64,000 nucleotides of DNA. It comes from a virus. Its lineage: Duplodnaviria > Caudoviricetes. Positions within the stretch are counted from its first letter, which is position 1. The number at the start of each line of letters is the position of its first letter. The translations under genes were made by a program, and so were the position numbers. Positions 20,606 to 31,590 of this stretch are shown in pieces. The notes below the pieces were generated by a model, which searched no databases, was not told where the DNA came from, and was given only the letters and a program-made list of their open reading frames with translations. Where the stretch lies: IMG/VR virus record IMGVR_UViG_3300037067_015007, positions 25,321 through 89,320 of that record. One strand, written 5' to 3'.

Positions 20606-23600
20606 ATGGCAATAAAGTTCGTCAATCTTTTATCAAAATATCTTCCAGCACATTTCAAGATAGCCCCAAAAGATGTAGAAGTATATCTTGATGAACCCCT
20701 TGAACTTGTTCCTATTGAAAGAAACAAATATCTTGTAGGAACATTAAACCCCGATTCAACAGAAATCGAATACAATATGGGAGATAATACTTATCTTCTA
20801 AAAGATAAAGGGGTTGTAAAAATTGAAAACGAATATATCAAATACGACACAAATGACCTTGTAGAGCACAAACTTAAAAATCTTGAACGTGGATTTTTTG
20901 GAACAGAAGCAACAGCCCATTGTAATGAAGTATTATGGGGTGCTCTATTAGCAGAAGAAATAGATGCTTATACCACAACTGTAAATTTTACTTCAATTTC
21001 TGATGTGTCTGCAATTCCAAAACAAGGAAAGTTTGCACTATTTTCAGACAATAATGACCTTGAAGTTATTTCATACAGCGGCTATAATCAATGGCTGAAT
21101 GGATATCAATTTACAAATGTAACAAGAGGGGATGATGGTACTACTGCCAATAATCACGGCAAAGGAGCATATCTTCAAGAATATTCCGATTTGTTAATCA
21201 GCGAAGTTGAAACCATAAAGTATGATAAAGGATTATGGTCTGCTACTCTTGCAACAGCCTTGACAGAAACATCAACCGAAGCCGTCATTGCTTCTAAGTT
21301 TGTTGCCGCCTTGGATTCAGCCATGTCAGCGGTTGATAAAATCGTTTATTTAAAAAATATAGTAGGTACAGTTCCGAAAAATGGATATATTTTAATTGAT
21401 AATGAAATCATCCGTTATGGAAAATTCACAGCAGACCCGTTTATAGCAGATAGTGGATATCTCGAACAATGTATCAGAGGAAGTCAAAGTACCACAGGCG
21501 TTATTCATTTAATATCTGCTGTAGTTTATTATACTTTCCCGCAGAACGGAGAGTTTCTTGTTGATAATGAATATATCAGATACACGGCCTATGATAAAAT
21601 CACAAGAACATTTTCAGGATTGCTCCGTGGACGATATGAAACAACTCCTGATACACATACTGTTGGTACTTCTTTAACCGAACGCCGCCATACGGAATTG
21701 GAACCTATGGGAGTATTTCGTATTGGAAATGAATATTTCAAATATTGGTATTTGGATAATGAATATTTTTATATTGACAAACGCCCCGCTCTTAATGCCA
21801 AAACATATTATCACACTACAGGAGCAAATGTTACTTCAATTATCGAGGCACACTATGAAGGAGAAGTTATAACCACATACCATTTTGATGATGAGAATTC
21901 ATATTTGGTGGATTTTATTCATACAGTTGCAGAACATTTGGACTTGGCAATCAATACAAAAATTGACTCTTTTGAAAATTTCTCCGATGTGGATACTGTT
22001 GATGCAAATTATCTAAAATATATCGTCAAGGAGTTGGGTGAAAATTTAGAGGATTATCAAAACCTACCATTCTTTACAGGGGCCAATAGCGATTATCGCA
22101 CTCGTTTATTTACAAAGGAATTGGTCAATATATACAAAGAAAAAGGATTGCTTGTGGCTCTGAAGTTATGGCACACAATCATTTCAGAACCTTTGACTTC
22201 ATATCAGGATTTGTGGACATTCAACTATTGCAGTTTTTATTCATTACCTTTCTTGGTTTTACTGCTTTACGAACCATTGAGAACATTTTATCCAAGCAAT
22301 GAAAATTTCTTTCGTCCTCAAATTTCAAAAGCCTTGCAGGAAGAATTGGCTGAGTTTTATGAAGATGAAAAAATAAAGGATGTGGCAACGACTCTTTCTT
22401 ATGCTGTTCCTGATTTGAAACTTCTTGTTCATGAATGGAACTATTTTCGTAGAACAGATGATGATTTAAAAAGTTCGGGCGGCGGCAGTTTTGATGATAA
22501 ATTAGTTCCTTGTGATTCTGCAAATGACCTCGGAATCAATTTTGACCAAACAAACGTGGAACTTCAGGTGCGGGATACTTCAACCACACTTCCACTTCCT
22601 TTTTATGTAGAAGATTACGATGTAGATTTATTCAAATTTGAAGAAGAACTAGATGCAACGAAAGATGAAATGCCGACATCTTCAACAGTATGTGAGCCTA
22701 CAAAAACTGATGAAGGACTTATTTCAGATTATTCTTTTGAATGGATTAGGGATATTTATGGTGAAGATATTTTTGATTATTGCACTCTATCTGACAGACT
22801 TGAACCTATCCGTACTGATTTGAATGTTCTTCGGGATTTGACTAGTGATATCAGTAATGCTTCTTTGGAACTAGACCATAATATCGGAGCGGATGATACC
22901 GAAATAATTGTAAAGGTCATCGATGGTAAACTTTATGACCCTGCTGACCATATTATTACGAACACTAATCCCAACATTGTTCCAAAAGGATTTGTTAAAT
23001 TCGGAAATGAAATCATTTCATATACAGGCGTTGAATTTTACGACCATCACGAAGGAACGTTTACGGATAAGAGATACAAACTCACGGGATGCACAAGAGG
23101 AGTAAACAGCACAACCGCATCTGCTTATCAGGTTAATATTTATGAAGGAAACGAAAGATTATTAGCAGGAAATTATATTGAAGTGGTTTATGACCCGCAC
23201 GTACTTTATTGTTCAGTAGATATTATTGATAATATTTTAACTCATGTCAATCATGGATTAGTAACAAATGATATTATTTTATTTGACCCATCTGTTAGCG
23301 GCGGCGGGATTATTGGTACAAAAACAACAGATGCCATTCCGTCTTATTATTATGTTTATAAAATCAATGCAGATTCATTTAAGATTTCTTTGACACCAAT
23401 CACAGGAACTTTAACCCCTGTTGATATTACATCCAATACCCCTGTTACCTGTCATAAAATTTATTTTAGACTGTTGTTGACAAGAGACCCTAAAGGATAT
23501 GGAATTTCAGTAGGTGATTATCTGCAATTGGTACAAACAGGATACAATTATCAGCATCTCATCACAGCAGTTATTAGTGAATATAATTATTGCACATTAG

Positions 23601-25093
23601 AACATACTTATGGAATCGATTTTGTAACAGGCGTATTACCTATCCCAACGGTAAAAACATTGGGTGCGGCAGGACTACCTTCTCTAGCCCCAATCACAAC
23701 CTTCGATTGTAGAATCGATGAAGATAATTTTACTATAAATTATATCGATTCTGATGGCAATACCATCGTACATGGATTATCAGATGCGGACGTAATCTAT
23801 TTCCTAGCAAGCGTGGGAAATATTGATGCATATACTAATTATTATGTGAAGGTTCCCGCTCCTGATTATTTTGAAATAACAGCATCGATGACCCCGTGGG
23901 GAGTTGCTGTTACTTCCACAGCTTCTAACACTTTTAGCAGCGGGGCAACAGCACACGGATTAAATGATGGAGACTTGATAGTTTTTTCAGGAACAGGTGG
24001 AAATATTGACTCAGGTAAACACTATCTCGTAGGTAATGTTACGACTTACACTTTTAAAATCAGGGATATTCTAACAGGAGAATTGATTACACTAAATCCA
24101 CTAGAAGCCAATACGATTTCATATTCATCTTTGGCTTTGACAAATATCAATAATCCATTAAACACATATATGATTTCAGGAACAAGAGTGATTTCAACAG
24201 AAGAAGGATATCAGCATCGGTATTCCTTGATTCAACATCTTTTGTGGAGATTGGATAATGAAGTGAATGGTAATGATTTATCTTTGGTTTATGGGTTCAC
24301 TACTTCAGAATTAAAAACCAAGAAATTGAATTCTTACACAGGAGTTCGTGATGGCATTATTTGGCCCACACCACATTTCAAATATGGATTTGAAATATCG
24401 ACAGCAGATATTGGTAATTTCCCGCCTGATGAAGTTGTTGAATTAGTGTTAAGAAAACTTAAACAATATAAACCAAAACACACAGTTGCCGATTTGACAG
24501 TTGATTATCCGTTGGGTGGAAACCAACTTGCAATGACCCCAATGATGGAAAATTTTGAAACAGAAAATCTTATGAGTGATGCTTATAGGACTTTCAATGG
24601 CACCACCGATAATATAACGAATACTATAACGGCATACAATCACGACCTTCGTGAAGCCGAATCAATTTATATCGAAGGTGGGGATGGAGTTGGGTTAACT
24701 TTTGGAACCATTTATTATGTGAAATATGTAGATGCCAACTCATTTCAAGTTTCGACATCGACAAGTGGAACACCACCCGATGTTATTTCTGGACCTGCCG
24801 TAACTTTAACGGGGGTAACAACGGTGGTAATCACCCAAGCTCCTGTAGCAGAATATCGCATTGAACTTGACCATGATGTAACAGATAGTGTCATTGACAA
24901 GACTTACGATTTACCAATAATCACTTTAGATGAAGTGGTAGATTATGGAAGTACCGCAGATTTCTTTTATATATGGAAAGACGGAACCTCTGAACAAACA
25001 ACTTTCTATTATTCCCCTTTCGTGGCATATCCGTATGGGTTAAAAACTGATGTGTACAGGAATAGAAAGAGATTTTTGAGTTATGTTGACTAA
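20606..25093 (+). CDS. large baseplate wedge protein (gp7-like) with repeated accessory domains
   Basis: Follows gp6; DVDTVDANYLKYIVKELG, YRTRLFTKELVNIYKEKG and KQYKPKHT wedge motifs; internal repeats. Confidence 0.7.
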   Translation: MAIKFVNLLSKYLPAHFKIAPKDVEVYLDEPLELVPIERNKYLVGTLNPDSTEIEYNMGDNTYLLKDKGVVKIENEYIKYDTNDLVEHKLKNLERGFFGTEATAHCNEVLWGALLAEEIDAYTTTVNFTSISDVSAIPKQGKFALFSDNNDLEVISYSGYNQWLNGYQFTNVTRGDDGTTANNHGKGAYLQEYSDLLISEVETIKYDKGLWSATLATALTETSTEAVIASKFVAALDSAMSAVDKIVYLKNIVGTVPKNGYILIDNEIIRYGKFTADPFIADSGYLEQCIRGSQSTTGVIHLISAVVYYTFPQNGEFLVDNEYIRYTAYDKITRTFSGLLRGRYETTPDTHTVGTSLTERRHTELEPMGVFRIGNEYFKYWYLDNEYFYIDKRPALNAKTYYHTTGANVTSIIEAHYEGEVITTYHFDDENSYLVDFIHTVAEHLDLAINTKIDSFENFSDVDTVDANYLKYIVKELGENLEDYQNLPFFTGANSDYRTRLFTKELVNIYKEKGLLVALKLWHTIISEPLTSYQDLWTFNYCSFYSLPFLVLLLYEPLRTFYPSNENFFRPQISKALQEELAEFYEDEKIKDVATTLSYAVPDLKLLVHEWNYFRRTDDDLKSSGGGSFDDKLVPCDSANDLGINFDQTNVELQVRDTSTTLPLPFYVEDYDVDLFKFEEELDATKDEMPTSSTVCEPTKTDEGLISDYSFEWIRDIYGEDIFDYCTLSDRLEPIRTDLNVLRDLTSDISNASLELDHNIGADDTEIIVKVIDGKLYDPADHIITNTNPNIVPKGFVKFGNEIISYTGVEFYDHHEGTFTDKRYKLTGCTRGVNSTTASAYQVNIYEGNERLLAGNYIEVVYDPHVLYCSVDIIDNILTHVNHGLVTNDIILFDPSVSGGGIIGTKTTDAIPSYYYVYKINADSFKISLTPITGTLTPVDITSNTPVTCHKIYFRLLLTRDPKGYGISVGDYLQLVQTGYNYQHLITAVISEYNYCTLEHTYGIDFVTGVLPIPTVKTLGAAGLPSLAPITTFDCRIDEDNFTINYIDSDGNTIVHGLSDADVIYFLASVGNIDAYTNYYVKVPAPDYFEITASMTPWGVAVTSTASNTFSSGATAHGLNDGDLIVFSGTGGNIDSGKHYLVGNVTTYTFKIRDILTGELITLNPLEANTISYSSLALTNINNPLNTYMISGTRVISTEEGYQHRYSLIQHLLWRLDNEVNGNDLSLVYGFTTSELKTKKLNSYTGVRDGIIWPTPHFKYGFEISTADIGNFPPDEVVELVLRKLKQYKPKHTVADLTVDYPLGGNQLAMTPMMENFETENLMSDAYRTFNGTTDNITNTITAYNHDLREAESIYIEGGDGVGLTFGTIYYVKYVDANSFQVSTSTSGTPPDVISGPAVTLTGVTTVVITQAPVAEYRIELDHDVTDSVIDKTYDLPIITLDEVVDYGSTADFFYIWKDGTSEQTTFYYSPFVAYPYGLKTDVYRNRKRFLSYVD

Positions 25094-25112
25094 ATAATAT
25101 GGAGATATAAAT

Positions 25113-25610
25113 ATGGCAACGGTAAATAGCATACAAGTGGCTGTTACTACTGAAGGGTTAGAAAGTATAGCGGCAATGATAGCGGAAGGAACAGTTTTTA
25201 CAATTGCAACTTTTCGTCTATCAAATTTAGGAAATGAAAGTTATTTTGAAGCACAAAAAAGTTATACAGGCCTTGACCCTGATGCATTTTATATGCCATA
25301 TACAGCGGATGATTATGACATAAATGACGATGACCCCGCTATTGACGCACAACTTTATGCGGCAGGATTAGCCGATTCTGATGGTTATGTAACGGTCAAT
25401 TCAATCAGTTTGGCTGACCATATTACAGTTGAGATAGATTGTTATATTCCACCTGCGGTCGGAACTGCTTTCACTTCTAACGAAATCATGATTTATACGG
25501 GTTCAGGAACATTGGCAGACCCTTATAAATCTTTTATATGGGGAATTTTTCCTGAGATTACAAAACAGGAAAAATACGGAATCAATTTCAAAGTATTATT
25601 ACAATTCTAA
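25113..25610 (+). CDS. baseplate / tail-fibre attachment protein
   Basis: VTTEGLESIAAMIA N-terminus resembles fibre/collar N-terminal domains; TAAATA and GGAG upstream. Confidence 0.45.
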   Translation: MATVNSIQVAVTTEGLESIAAMIAEGTVFTIATFRLSNLGNESYFEAQKSYTGLDPDAFYMPYTADDYDINDDDPAIDAQLYAAGLADSDGYVTVNSISLADHITVEIDCYIPPAVGTAFTSNEIMIYTGSGTLADPYKSFIWGIFPEITKQEKYGINFKVLLQF

Positions 25611-25624
25611 TATGATAAAAACAA

Positions 25625-25719
25625 TAAATAATAGTGTAGGGACAAGGAGTAGCTACCCTTTCAAGATGCCTGTTCATCTTGGATTACCTACACTATTTTT
25701 GACCGAACAGGAGGGCAAA
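25625..25719 (+). ncRNA. endonuclease-leader structured RNA, copy 3
   Basis: P1 ATAGTGTAGG/CCTACACTAT; P3 TCAAGATG/CATCTTGG; loop CCTGTT pairs with AACAGG (25706-25711). Confidence 0.75.
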
Positions 25720-26319
25720 ATGGAAGAAGTAAAAAATATTATTTACAAAGCAAAGAATGAAGAAAGAAAATGTTTTTATGTTGGAAAATCTGTTTATGGA
25801 TTAACTGCAAGAAAACATCAGCATAAACATCGATGTTTTAAGACGAATTCAAATTATAAACTTTACAATTTTATCCGAAAATACGGTTGGGATACTTTTA
25901 CTTGGGAAATATTAGCAGTTTATTCCACACCTGAAGAACTACCACAAGCAGAGATAGATTGGTTAGTAGAACAAAAGAAAGAGTTTTCGGATTGGAAGTG
26001 TTTGAATTTGACAGATGGTGGAGATGGAAATTTAGGATGGAAACCTTCGGAAGAAATAAAAAGAAAAATTAGTGTTTCTAATAAAGGAGAAAAAAATCAT
26101 AATTTTGGGAAAACAATGACAAAAACACAAAAAGAAAAAATAGGTAAAAAATTAAAAGGCCGAATATTATCTAAAAAAACAAGAGAAAAAATGTCAAATT
26201 CAAAAAAAGGTAAAAATAATCCTATGTTTGGAATCCATCGTTTTGGGGAAAATGCTCCTAATTTTGGTCGTTTGAGAACTGATGTATCCACTTTGGAGAG
26301 AATAAAAAATGCCTGTTAA
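25720..26319 (+). CDS. GIY-YIG homing endonuclease
   Basis: IIYKAKN...FYVGKS; LNLTDGGDG; NUMOD3-like repeats. Start at ATG 25720 after GGAGGG. Confidence 0.85.
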   Translation: MEEVKNIIYKAKNEERKCFYVGKSVYGLTARKHQHKHRCFKTNSNYKLYNFIRKYGWDTFTWEILAVYSTPEELPQAEIDWLVEQKKEFSDWKCLNLTDGGDGNLGWKPSEEIKRKISVSNKGEKNHNFGKTMTKTQKEKIGKKLKGRILSKKTREKMSNSKKGKNNPMFGIHRFGENAPNFGRLRTDVSTLERIKNAC

Positions 26320-27874
26320 TTTTGGTATTGATGGTACACAAGTAGTAAATTATCATTATAAAAATAGACTTATTTCAAGTACGTCTAATAAACTTCTTTT
26401 TAATATATTTAATAAGGGTGTAATTCCTGAAAGTGGAACACCCACAATAGTTGATATAAATGGTGATGTTAGCATCCAAGGAATACAAATAAAAATTCCA
26501 TCAGGATTCTCATTCTTCATTTCTCCAAACAATAGATATAAAACAGGAGTCATTCAAGACGATTTTAATTCTCTTTCTACATTAGAACAAGCCATTCTCG
26601 AAAGACAGATTTTAAAATGTGATATTGTGAAAGATTTTTTTGTAACTCCAAAAAATTTTACGGGAACAACTGATGTTATAAATAAAAGAATTGTAGCCGC
26701 TGACCACGGATTTAATGCAGGTGATATTATTTTTATCAAAGGTGGAGAATCCGCAGGTTTAACTTATGGAACCCGATATCGAGTATTGGCAGGAGTAACT
26801 GAATACGATTTTCAAATTTCGGAATTTCATGACGACCCCGCCGATGATGAAGTTTTTGAATTTACTACAAATGTCGAAATAACTGTTATTCAAGCATTTG
26901 GTGGTTGGTTGGTTGCGGAATATAACTATTTGGAATTTGCGGATTTACCTGTAGAATTTAGTGTTCTTACAGAAGCCATCAAACCATCAGATAATAAAGT
27001 GGTTTTGGGAGAAATAGCAGGAGACCCAATTAACGGATATATTCAAACTATTTCCACTATTCAACAGGATATTACACAACTAAGTTCAAATATTTTTTAT
27101 GAAATGAATGTTGATAGGGTTGATGGATACCATGCAGGAAATGAATCAGGATATATTCCTATATCAAATAGCGGAGTGTGTTATGGTTTAAATGCCGAAA
27201 TGATAAATGGATATTCAGGATATGAAGCCGCAGAAAAATGGACACAAAATTTAGGTTTAAATGCGGAATACATAGCCGATGAATTTGGTCGATATTATCA
27301 ACCAGGAAATACTTCTGTAAAAATTCCATTAAGTAATACATTGATGAATCGGGATTTGAATGCTGAATTTGTTGGTGGGTCAGGATATACAACATTAGAA
27401 AGTGCAAAACACACACATTCTCTTGACAATATCACAGACGGCCCAACATTTAAAAAACCACTCAATGTCAATATCAATCAACACTTGACGCATGACTCAT
27501 TCAAAAATAGAGCAATCACAAAAGATAAAATACATAATGAATGTTTCTTTGCTCGTAATGATGACCTTGGTGGAAAACCAATGATAGTTACGGGACAGGA
27601 AACATTGACGGCAAACTATTCACATATTTCATTTGACCCTGAACATCAATTTGATGCTTCGTTCACAGAACCGCCTGATATCATGTTACAGATTATTGAC
27701 ACAGCGGGAGATTTTGGAGCTTGGAGTCATATTAAAGTCAAAGCGGCTGATATCACACCATCTCATTTTACTGTTGAATATACAGGATATTCGGGTCTTG
27801 ATGCGGGTCAATATTCAGGAGTTAGTTTATCAAGTTTGACAATACAATATGTTGCATTTGGATATGGGGCATAG
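26309..27874 (+). CDS. tail fibre/baseplate protein, paralog A
   Basis: GTQVVNYHY N-terminus shared with the next fibre genes; LNAE..GG repeats; HTHSLDNI; C-terminal F..SFTEPP domain. Confidence 0.6.
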   Translation: MPVNFGIDGTQVVNYHYKNRLISSTSNKLLFNIFNKGVIPESGTPTIVDINGDVSIQGIQIKIPSGFSFFISPNNRYKTGVIQDDFNSLSTLEQAILERQILKCDIVKDFFVTPKNFTGTTDVINKRIVAADHGFNAGDIIFIKGGESAGLTYGTRYRVLAGVTEYDFQISEFHDDPADDEVFEFTTNVEITVIQAFGGWLVAEYNYLEFADLPVEFSVLTEAIKPSDNKVVLGEIAGDPINGYIQTISTIQQDITQLSSNIFYEMNVDRVDGYHAGNESGYIPISNSGVCYGLNAEMINGYSGYEAAEKWTQNLGLNAEYIADEFGRYYQPGNTSVKIPLSNTLMNRDLNAEFVGGSGYTTLESAKHTHSLDNITDGPTFKKPLNVNINQHLTHDSFKNRAITKDKIHNECFFARNDDLGGKPMIVTGQETLTANYSHISFDPEHQFDASFTEPPDIMLQIIDTAGDFGAWSHIKVKAADITPSHFTVEYTGYSGLDAGQYSGVSLSSLTIQYVAFGYGA

Positions 27875-27877
27875 AAA

Positions 27878-29197
27878 ATGAAAACACTAAATGATGGGAC
27901 ACAAGTTTTGAACATTCATTATCGCCAAGAATTAGCCCCTGACGTTCTCAATAAAATATTTTATAAAGTATTTACCGCAGGGGTAATTGAAGGAACCTTT
28001 GAGTTTGGTTTAGATTCCGTTACAATTTCTTCTGTAAGTTTTTTGATTGCTCCGCAAAATCAATCAGATTTATTAGTTCGTATCGATACAACAGAACCAA
28101 TAACCATAAAAAATACTTCTCCGACAAATGTTTATTTGACAGCACGATATCGTTGGGAAAATGAAAACACAGGCGCAGAATTTTTATTTGCTGATGATTC
28201 AACAATTGTGGAAACAGACGTGATTCTTGTTGGCTTGGTTCTTGATGAAGATGGAAAAATATCTTCGCTTGATTATGACGTACAGGAACGAGCAAAATTG
28301 AAACTTATTCAGACTAATACAGCATTCCCGCTGATTTCTAAATTGGATGGTTATGGTGTTGGGCATGATTATGGACAGATTCCTGTTTCCGATGGAATAT
28401 TAAACTCCTCTCTCAATGCTCAATATTTCAATGGAAAAGAAGTAACAAAGTTTGCAGTCTCAAAACAACTTCCACAAATTGTAACAGGTGGGGATATTGC
28501 TACTATTATTGAACCTACTCTTCCTGAATGGATGGATGGTGTAGCGGTCGGAAAAGGAGAAGGCGTTACTGCTGAGTTTGTAATGGATAAAAAAGTTCAA
28601 CCACAAGACGGAACAACAAAACCAGGAACGCAAAACCAAATTCCTGTAGCCAATACCGTTTTACAAAAAGATTTGAATATTGAATTTTTAGGTGGGCATC
28701 TTCATACAGAGTTTGCAAAAACAACACATTCACATTCTTTGGATGAAATTTTTGACAATGGCAACCCTTCAGCACCTAATTATATTCGGATACTTGCCGT
28801 CAAAAACAATCTAGCCACGGGCGATTCAATCGAAGAAGATGATATCGAATATACCAATGTCGATATGATTGCTTATGACCCAACAATTTCTAACAGATTT
28901 CAACCCGTGTATGAAACAGGAGATTTTGATTTAGCAGGGGCGGTAGAAGGAACTGTTACATTTCAAAGACCAATGAAAAACGCTCGTATCATTTTACAGA
29001 GGGCACCAAAATCAATAGAAACGGTTGTTGCGGGGGCAGAAAAAAGAACAGCACGAATTACCGAAATTACAAATGCGGGGTTCAAGGCAAAACAGATGGG
29101 TAGTATAATAAAATCAGGAGCCACTTATATAAGAACAGATGCTTCAGATGCGGCGGCTAATCAATATTATTGGTTTGCGATTGGGGAGAAGGTATAA
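27878..29197 (+). CDS. tail fibre/baseplate protein, paralog B
   Basis: GTQVLNIHY; LNAQYFNG, LNIEFLGG; HSHSLDEI. Confidence 0.6.
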   Translation: MKTLNDGTQVLNIHYRQELAPDVLNKIFYKVFTAGVIEGTFEFGLDSVTISSVSFLIAPQNQSDLLVRIDTTEPITIKNTSPTNVYLTARYRWENENTGAEFLFADDSTIVETDVILVGLVLDEDGKISSLDYDVQERAKLKLIQTNTAFPLISKLDGYGVGHDYGQIPVSDGILNSSLNAQYFNGKEVTKFAVSKQLPQIVTGGDIATIIEPTLPEWMDGVAVGKGEGVTAEFVMDKKVQPQDGTTKPGTQNQIPVANTVLQKDLNIEFLGGHLHTEFAKTTHSHSLDEIFDNGNPSAPNYIRILAVKNNLATGDSIEEDDIEYTNVDMIAYDPTISNRFQPVYETGDFDLAGAVEGTVTFQRPMKNARIILQRAPKSIETVVAGAEKRTARITEITNAGFKAKQMGSIIKSGATYIRTDASDAAANQYYWFAIGEKV

Positions 29198-29198
29198 A

Positions 29199-29816
29199 AT
29201 GTGGGGATTTATTTACGCTTATACCATAAAAAATAAAAAATATATTGGTCAGGCTATTAATTTAAAAGATAGAATGAAAAAACATTTTAAAGAAACAGCA
29301 AATCCTTATTTCCATAATTCTTTACGAAAATATTTTAAACCTGGCGATTTTCGTATTTTGGAAGCACATTATGATACTCCTGAAAAACTTAAAATTTTAT
29401 TAGATAATAGAGAAATTTTTTGGATTGATAAATTAAATACTTATGACCCTAAACAAAAAACAGGTTGGAATTTGACGAAAGGTGGTAATGGACAGTTAGG
29501 ATGGGTGCCTAATGAAAAAACAAGAAAAAAAATGTCAGATATTAAAATAGGTAAACCCACATGGAGTAAGGGCCAAAAATTTACCACAAAACACAAAGAA
29601 AATATTTCAAAAAATCATGCAAATGTTGCTAATGAAAATAATCCACGGGCGAAATCAGTTATATTAATCTCTCCAAATAATGAAAAATATCAATTAGAAT
29701 GTTATGCTCCTTTTTGTAAAAAAAATAAATTAAGTCCAGCGTCTATTTGTTTTGTTCTTCAGGGAAAACAAAAACATCATAAAGGATGGACAGGGAATTA
29801 TATAAATGCAAGGTAA
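29199..29816 (+). CDS. GIY-YIG homing endonuclease (no leader RNA)
   Basis: GFIYAYTIKNKKYIGQA; WNLTKGGNG. ATG directly after the upstream stop. Confidence 0.85.
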   Translation: MWGFIYAYTIKNKKYIGQAINLKDRMKKHFKETANPYFHNSLRKYFKPGDFRILEAHYDTPEKLKILLDNREIFWIDKLNTYDPKQKTGWNLTKGGNGQLGWVPNEKTRKKMSDIKIGKPTWSKGQKFTTKHKENISKNHANVANENNPRAKSVILISPNNEKYQLECYAPFCKKNKLSPASICFVLQGKQKHHKGWTGNYINAR

Positions 29817-31485
29817 AATAGGAACTGCGGGGCAAATTATTAATTTTAATTATGTCCACGAATTTATTGCACAAAATTTGAATAAGATTCTTTATTCAAC
29901 TTTCACACCAGGCGTTTTAAAATTAGTTTTATCTGATTTTTCAGTAATCACAACAAAAGTTGAAATTCTTGAATTTTCAGGATTAATTAGACCATACAAT
30001 AAAAACTTCATTGTAAAAGTAGATACAATGAACACTATAACGGTATTAACAGATTCTACAAAACCATATTTAGTAGCTCGTATGGATTGGATAACGCCGC
30101 CTGATGGATATGATTATGAAACGGCAACTTATGGAGTATCAGGATATTCTGGATATTTTGAAGATACTGCAATATCTTGTGAATCATTTGACCCTGTTGG
30201 AGATAAAATAATTTCAACAGACCATAAACTTGTGATAGGAGATGTGATTCGTTTTAGTGCAACGGTCGGCGGGGTTACAAAAGATGTAGATTATTATGTA
30301 GTCAATACCGATTCAAACTCATTTCAAATTTCTACGACAGCAGGTGGGACTGTTCTTGATATCATTAGCACTTTGTCAATTACCAATACATATCGAAAAA
30401 TGAATTCTCATATTGTGAGATTTGATATGGTTGCTGAAAATGACATCAATCCCGATTATGATGTCATTTTAGTGAAATTGGATTTCGGCCCTGGTGGAGC
30501 GAAAGTGGTACTTAATTATGCGGAACAAACCCAAGTTTATTTGAATGATTATTGCATAAATTATAATTTAGTTCAGCGGTCGGGAGTTCGAACTTTAGAA
30601 GGAACCAATACAGACTATATTGGCATTTTAGGATTTAGTGGGACATCAGGAATATATGATTCAACAGATGAAACAATCGAACGTCATGTGGGCCACGCTT
30701 CAGGGCACATTCCTTGGAGTGAAGTATCGGGTTATACACCTGTAATGAATTATGGCCTCAATGCTCAATATGTAAATGGAATAACAGTAAGTAATGCGGA
30801 TAATAGTATCGGATTAAAAAATAATATTTTGTCAAAAAATATGGTCGCCGCTAGATTATTTTTAAATGGATTCGAATATGCAATAGGACAATCAGGAGTA
30901 ACAACCTATTCGGGATTTTCAGGCTATACAGGAATTTCGGGATGGAGTGGCGTTTCGGGATATTCGGCTTATTCAGGATATTTGCCCCTCAACAATGCCG
31001 TGTTGCAGACTTCATTGAATGCGGAATATTTCGGGGGATATAAAATTTCAGACTTTACTCCCGCAGGGCATACCCATAATCTTGATGAAATTGCCGATGG
31101 AGTATCATATATAAGAATGAGAGGAGTAGATGTTGACGGTTTGGTAACAACCGATGGTCTGACTGATGGGGCATTGGAATATCGGCATCAAAGTATTTCC
31201 GTTCCATTTCGCTATGATGGAGCAACAGAAAAGAAAATGTTCGCATTGGCAGGAGAAATAATGAAGAATGGTTCGACAACAGTAGCATTTAGAAAAACTT
31301 TCACTTCAGCTCCACGAGTGTTTATTCTAAATAATGAAAGTGATGAATGGAAAGCTGTAGATGAGGTATCAATAACTACGACAGGATTTGTAATTCATCA
31401 CCATGAAAATACTTCAGGTACTTCATTAGTAGCAGACACAACACTTTTTAGAACTCATTGGATTGCGATTGGAGAGTTGTCTTAA
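29806..31485 (+). CDS. tail fibre/baseplate protein, paralog C (with SG repeats)
   Basis: GQIINFNY; LNAQYVNG, LNAEYFGG; HTHNLDEI; SGFSGYTGISGWSG; C-terminal F.KTFTSAP. Confidence 0.6.
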   Translation: MQGKIGTAGQIINFNYVHEFIAQNLNKILYSTFTPGVLKLVLSDFSVITTKVEILEFSGLIRPYNKNFIVKVDTMNTITVLTDSTKPYLVARMDWITPPDGYDYETATYGVSGYSGYFEDTAISCESFDPVGDKIISTDHKLVIGDVIRFSATVGGVTKDVDYYVVNTDSNSFQISTTAGGTVLDIISTLSITNTYRKMNSHIVRFDMVAENDINPDYDVILVKLDFGPGGAKVVLNYAEQTQVYLNDYCINYNLVQRSGVRTLEGTNTDYIGILGFSGTSGIYDSTDETIERHVGHASGHIPWSEVSGYTPVMNYGLNAQYVNGITVSNADNSIGLKNNILSKNMVAARLFLNGFEYAIGQSGVTTYSGFSGYTGISGWSGVSGYSAYSGYLPLNNAVLQTSLNAEYFGGYKISDFTPAGHTHNLDEIADGVSYIRMRGVDVDGLVTTDGLTDGALEYRHQSISVPFRYDGATEKKMFALAGEIMKNGSTTVAFRKTFTSAPRVFILNNESDEWKAVDEVSITTTGFVIHHHENTSGTSLVADTTLFRTHWIAIGELS

Positions 31486-31495
31486 ATGAAAATAA

Positions 31496-31590
31496 TAAAT
31501 AGTAGTGTAGGGACAGGGAGTCATGACCCTTTCAAGATGTCCACTCATCCTGAATTACCTACACTATATTTTGACCAAGTGGAGGGGCAA
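31496..31590 (+). ncRNA. endonuclease-leader structured RNA, copy 4
   Basis: P1 TAGTGTAGG/CCTACACTA; P3 TTCAAGATG/CATCCTGAA; loop TCCACT pairs with AGTGGA (31578-31583). Confidence 0.75.

Noticed and set aside
25612-25719. N-terminal extensions of GIY-YIG ORFs (also 31486-31590) and the 36-codon uORF at 14673
   Set aside because: They are translations of the conserved RNA leader. The frame is not kept across the eight copies and strong SDs precede the downstream ATGs. A leader-peptide role is not fully excluded.
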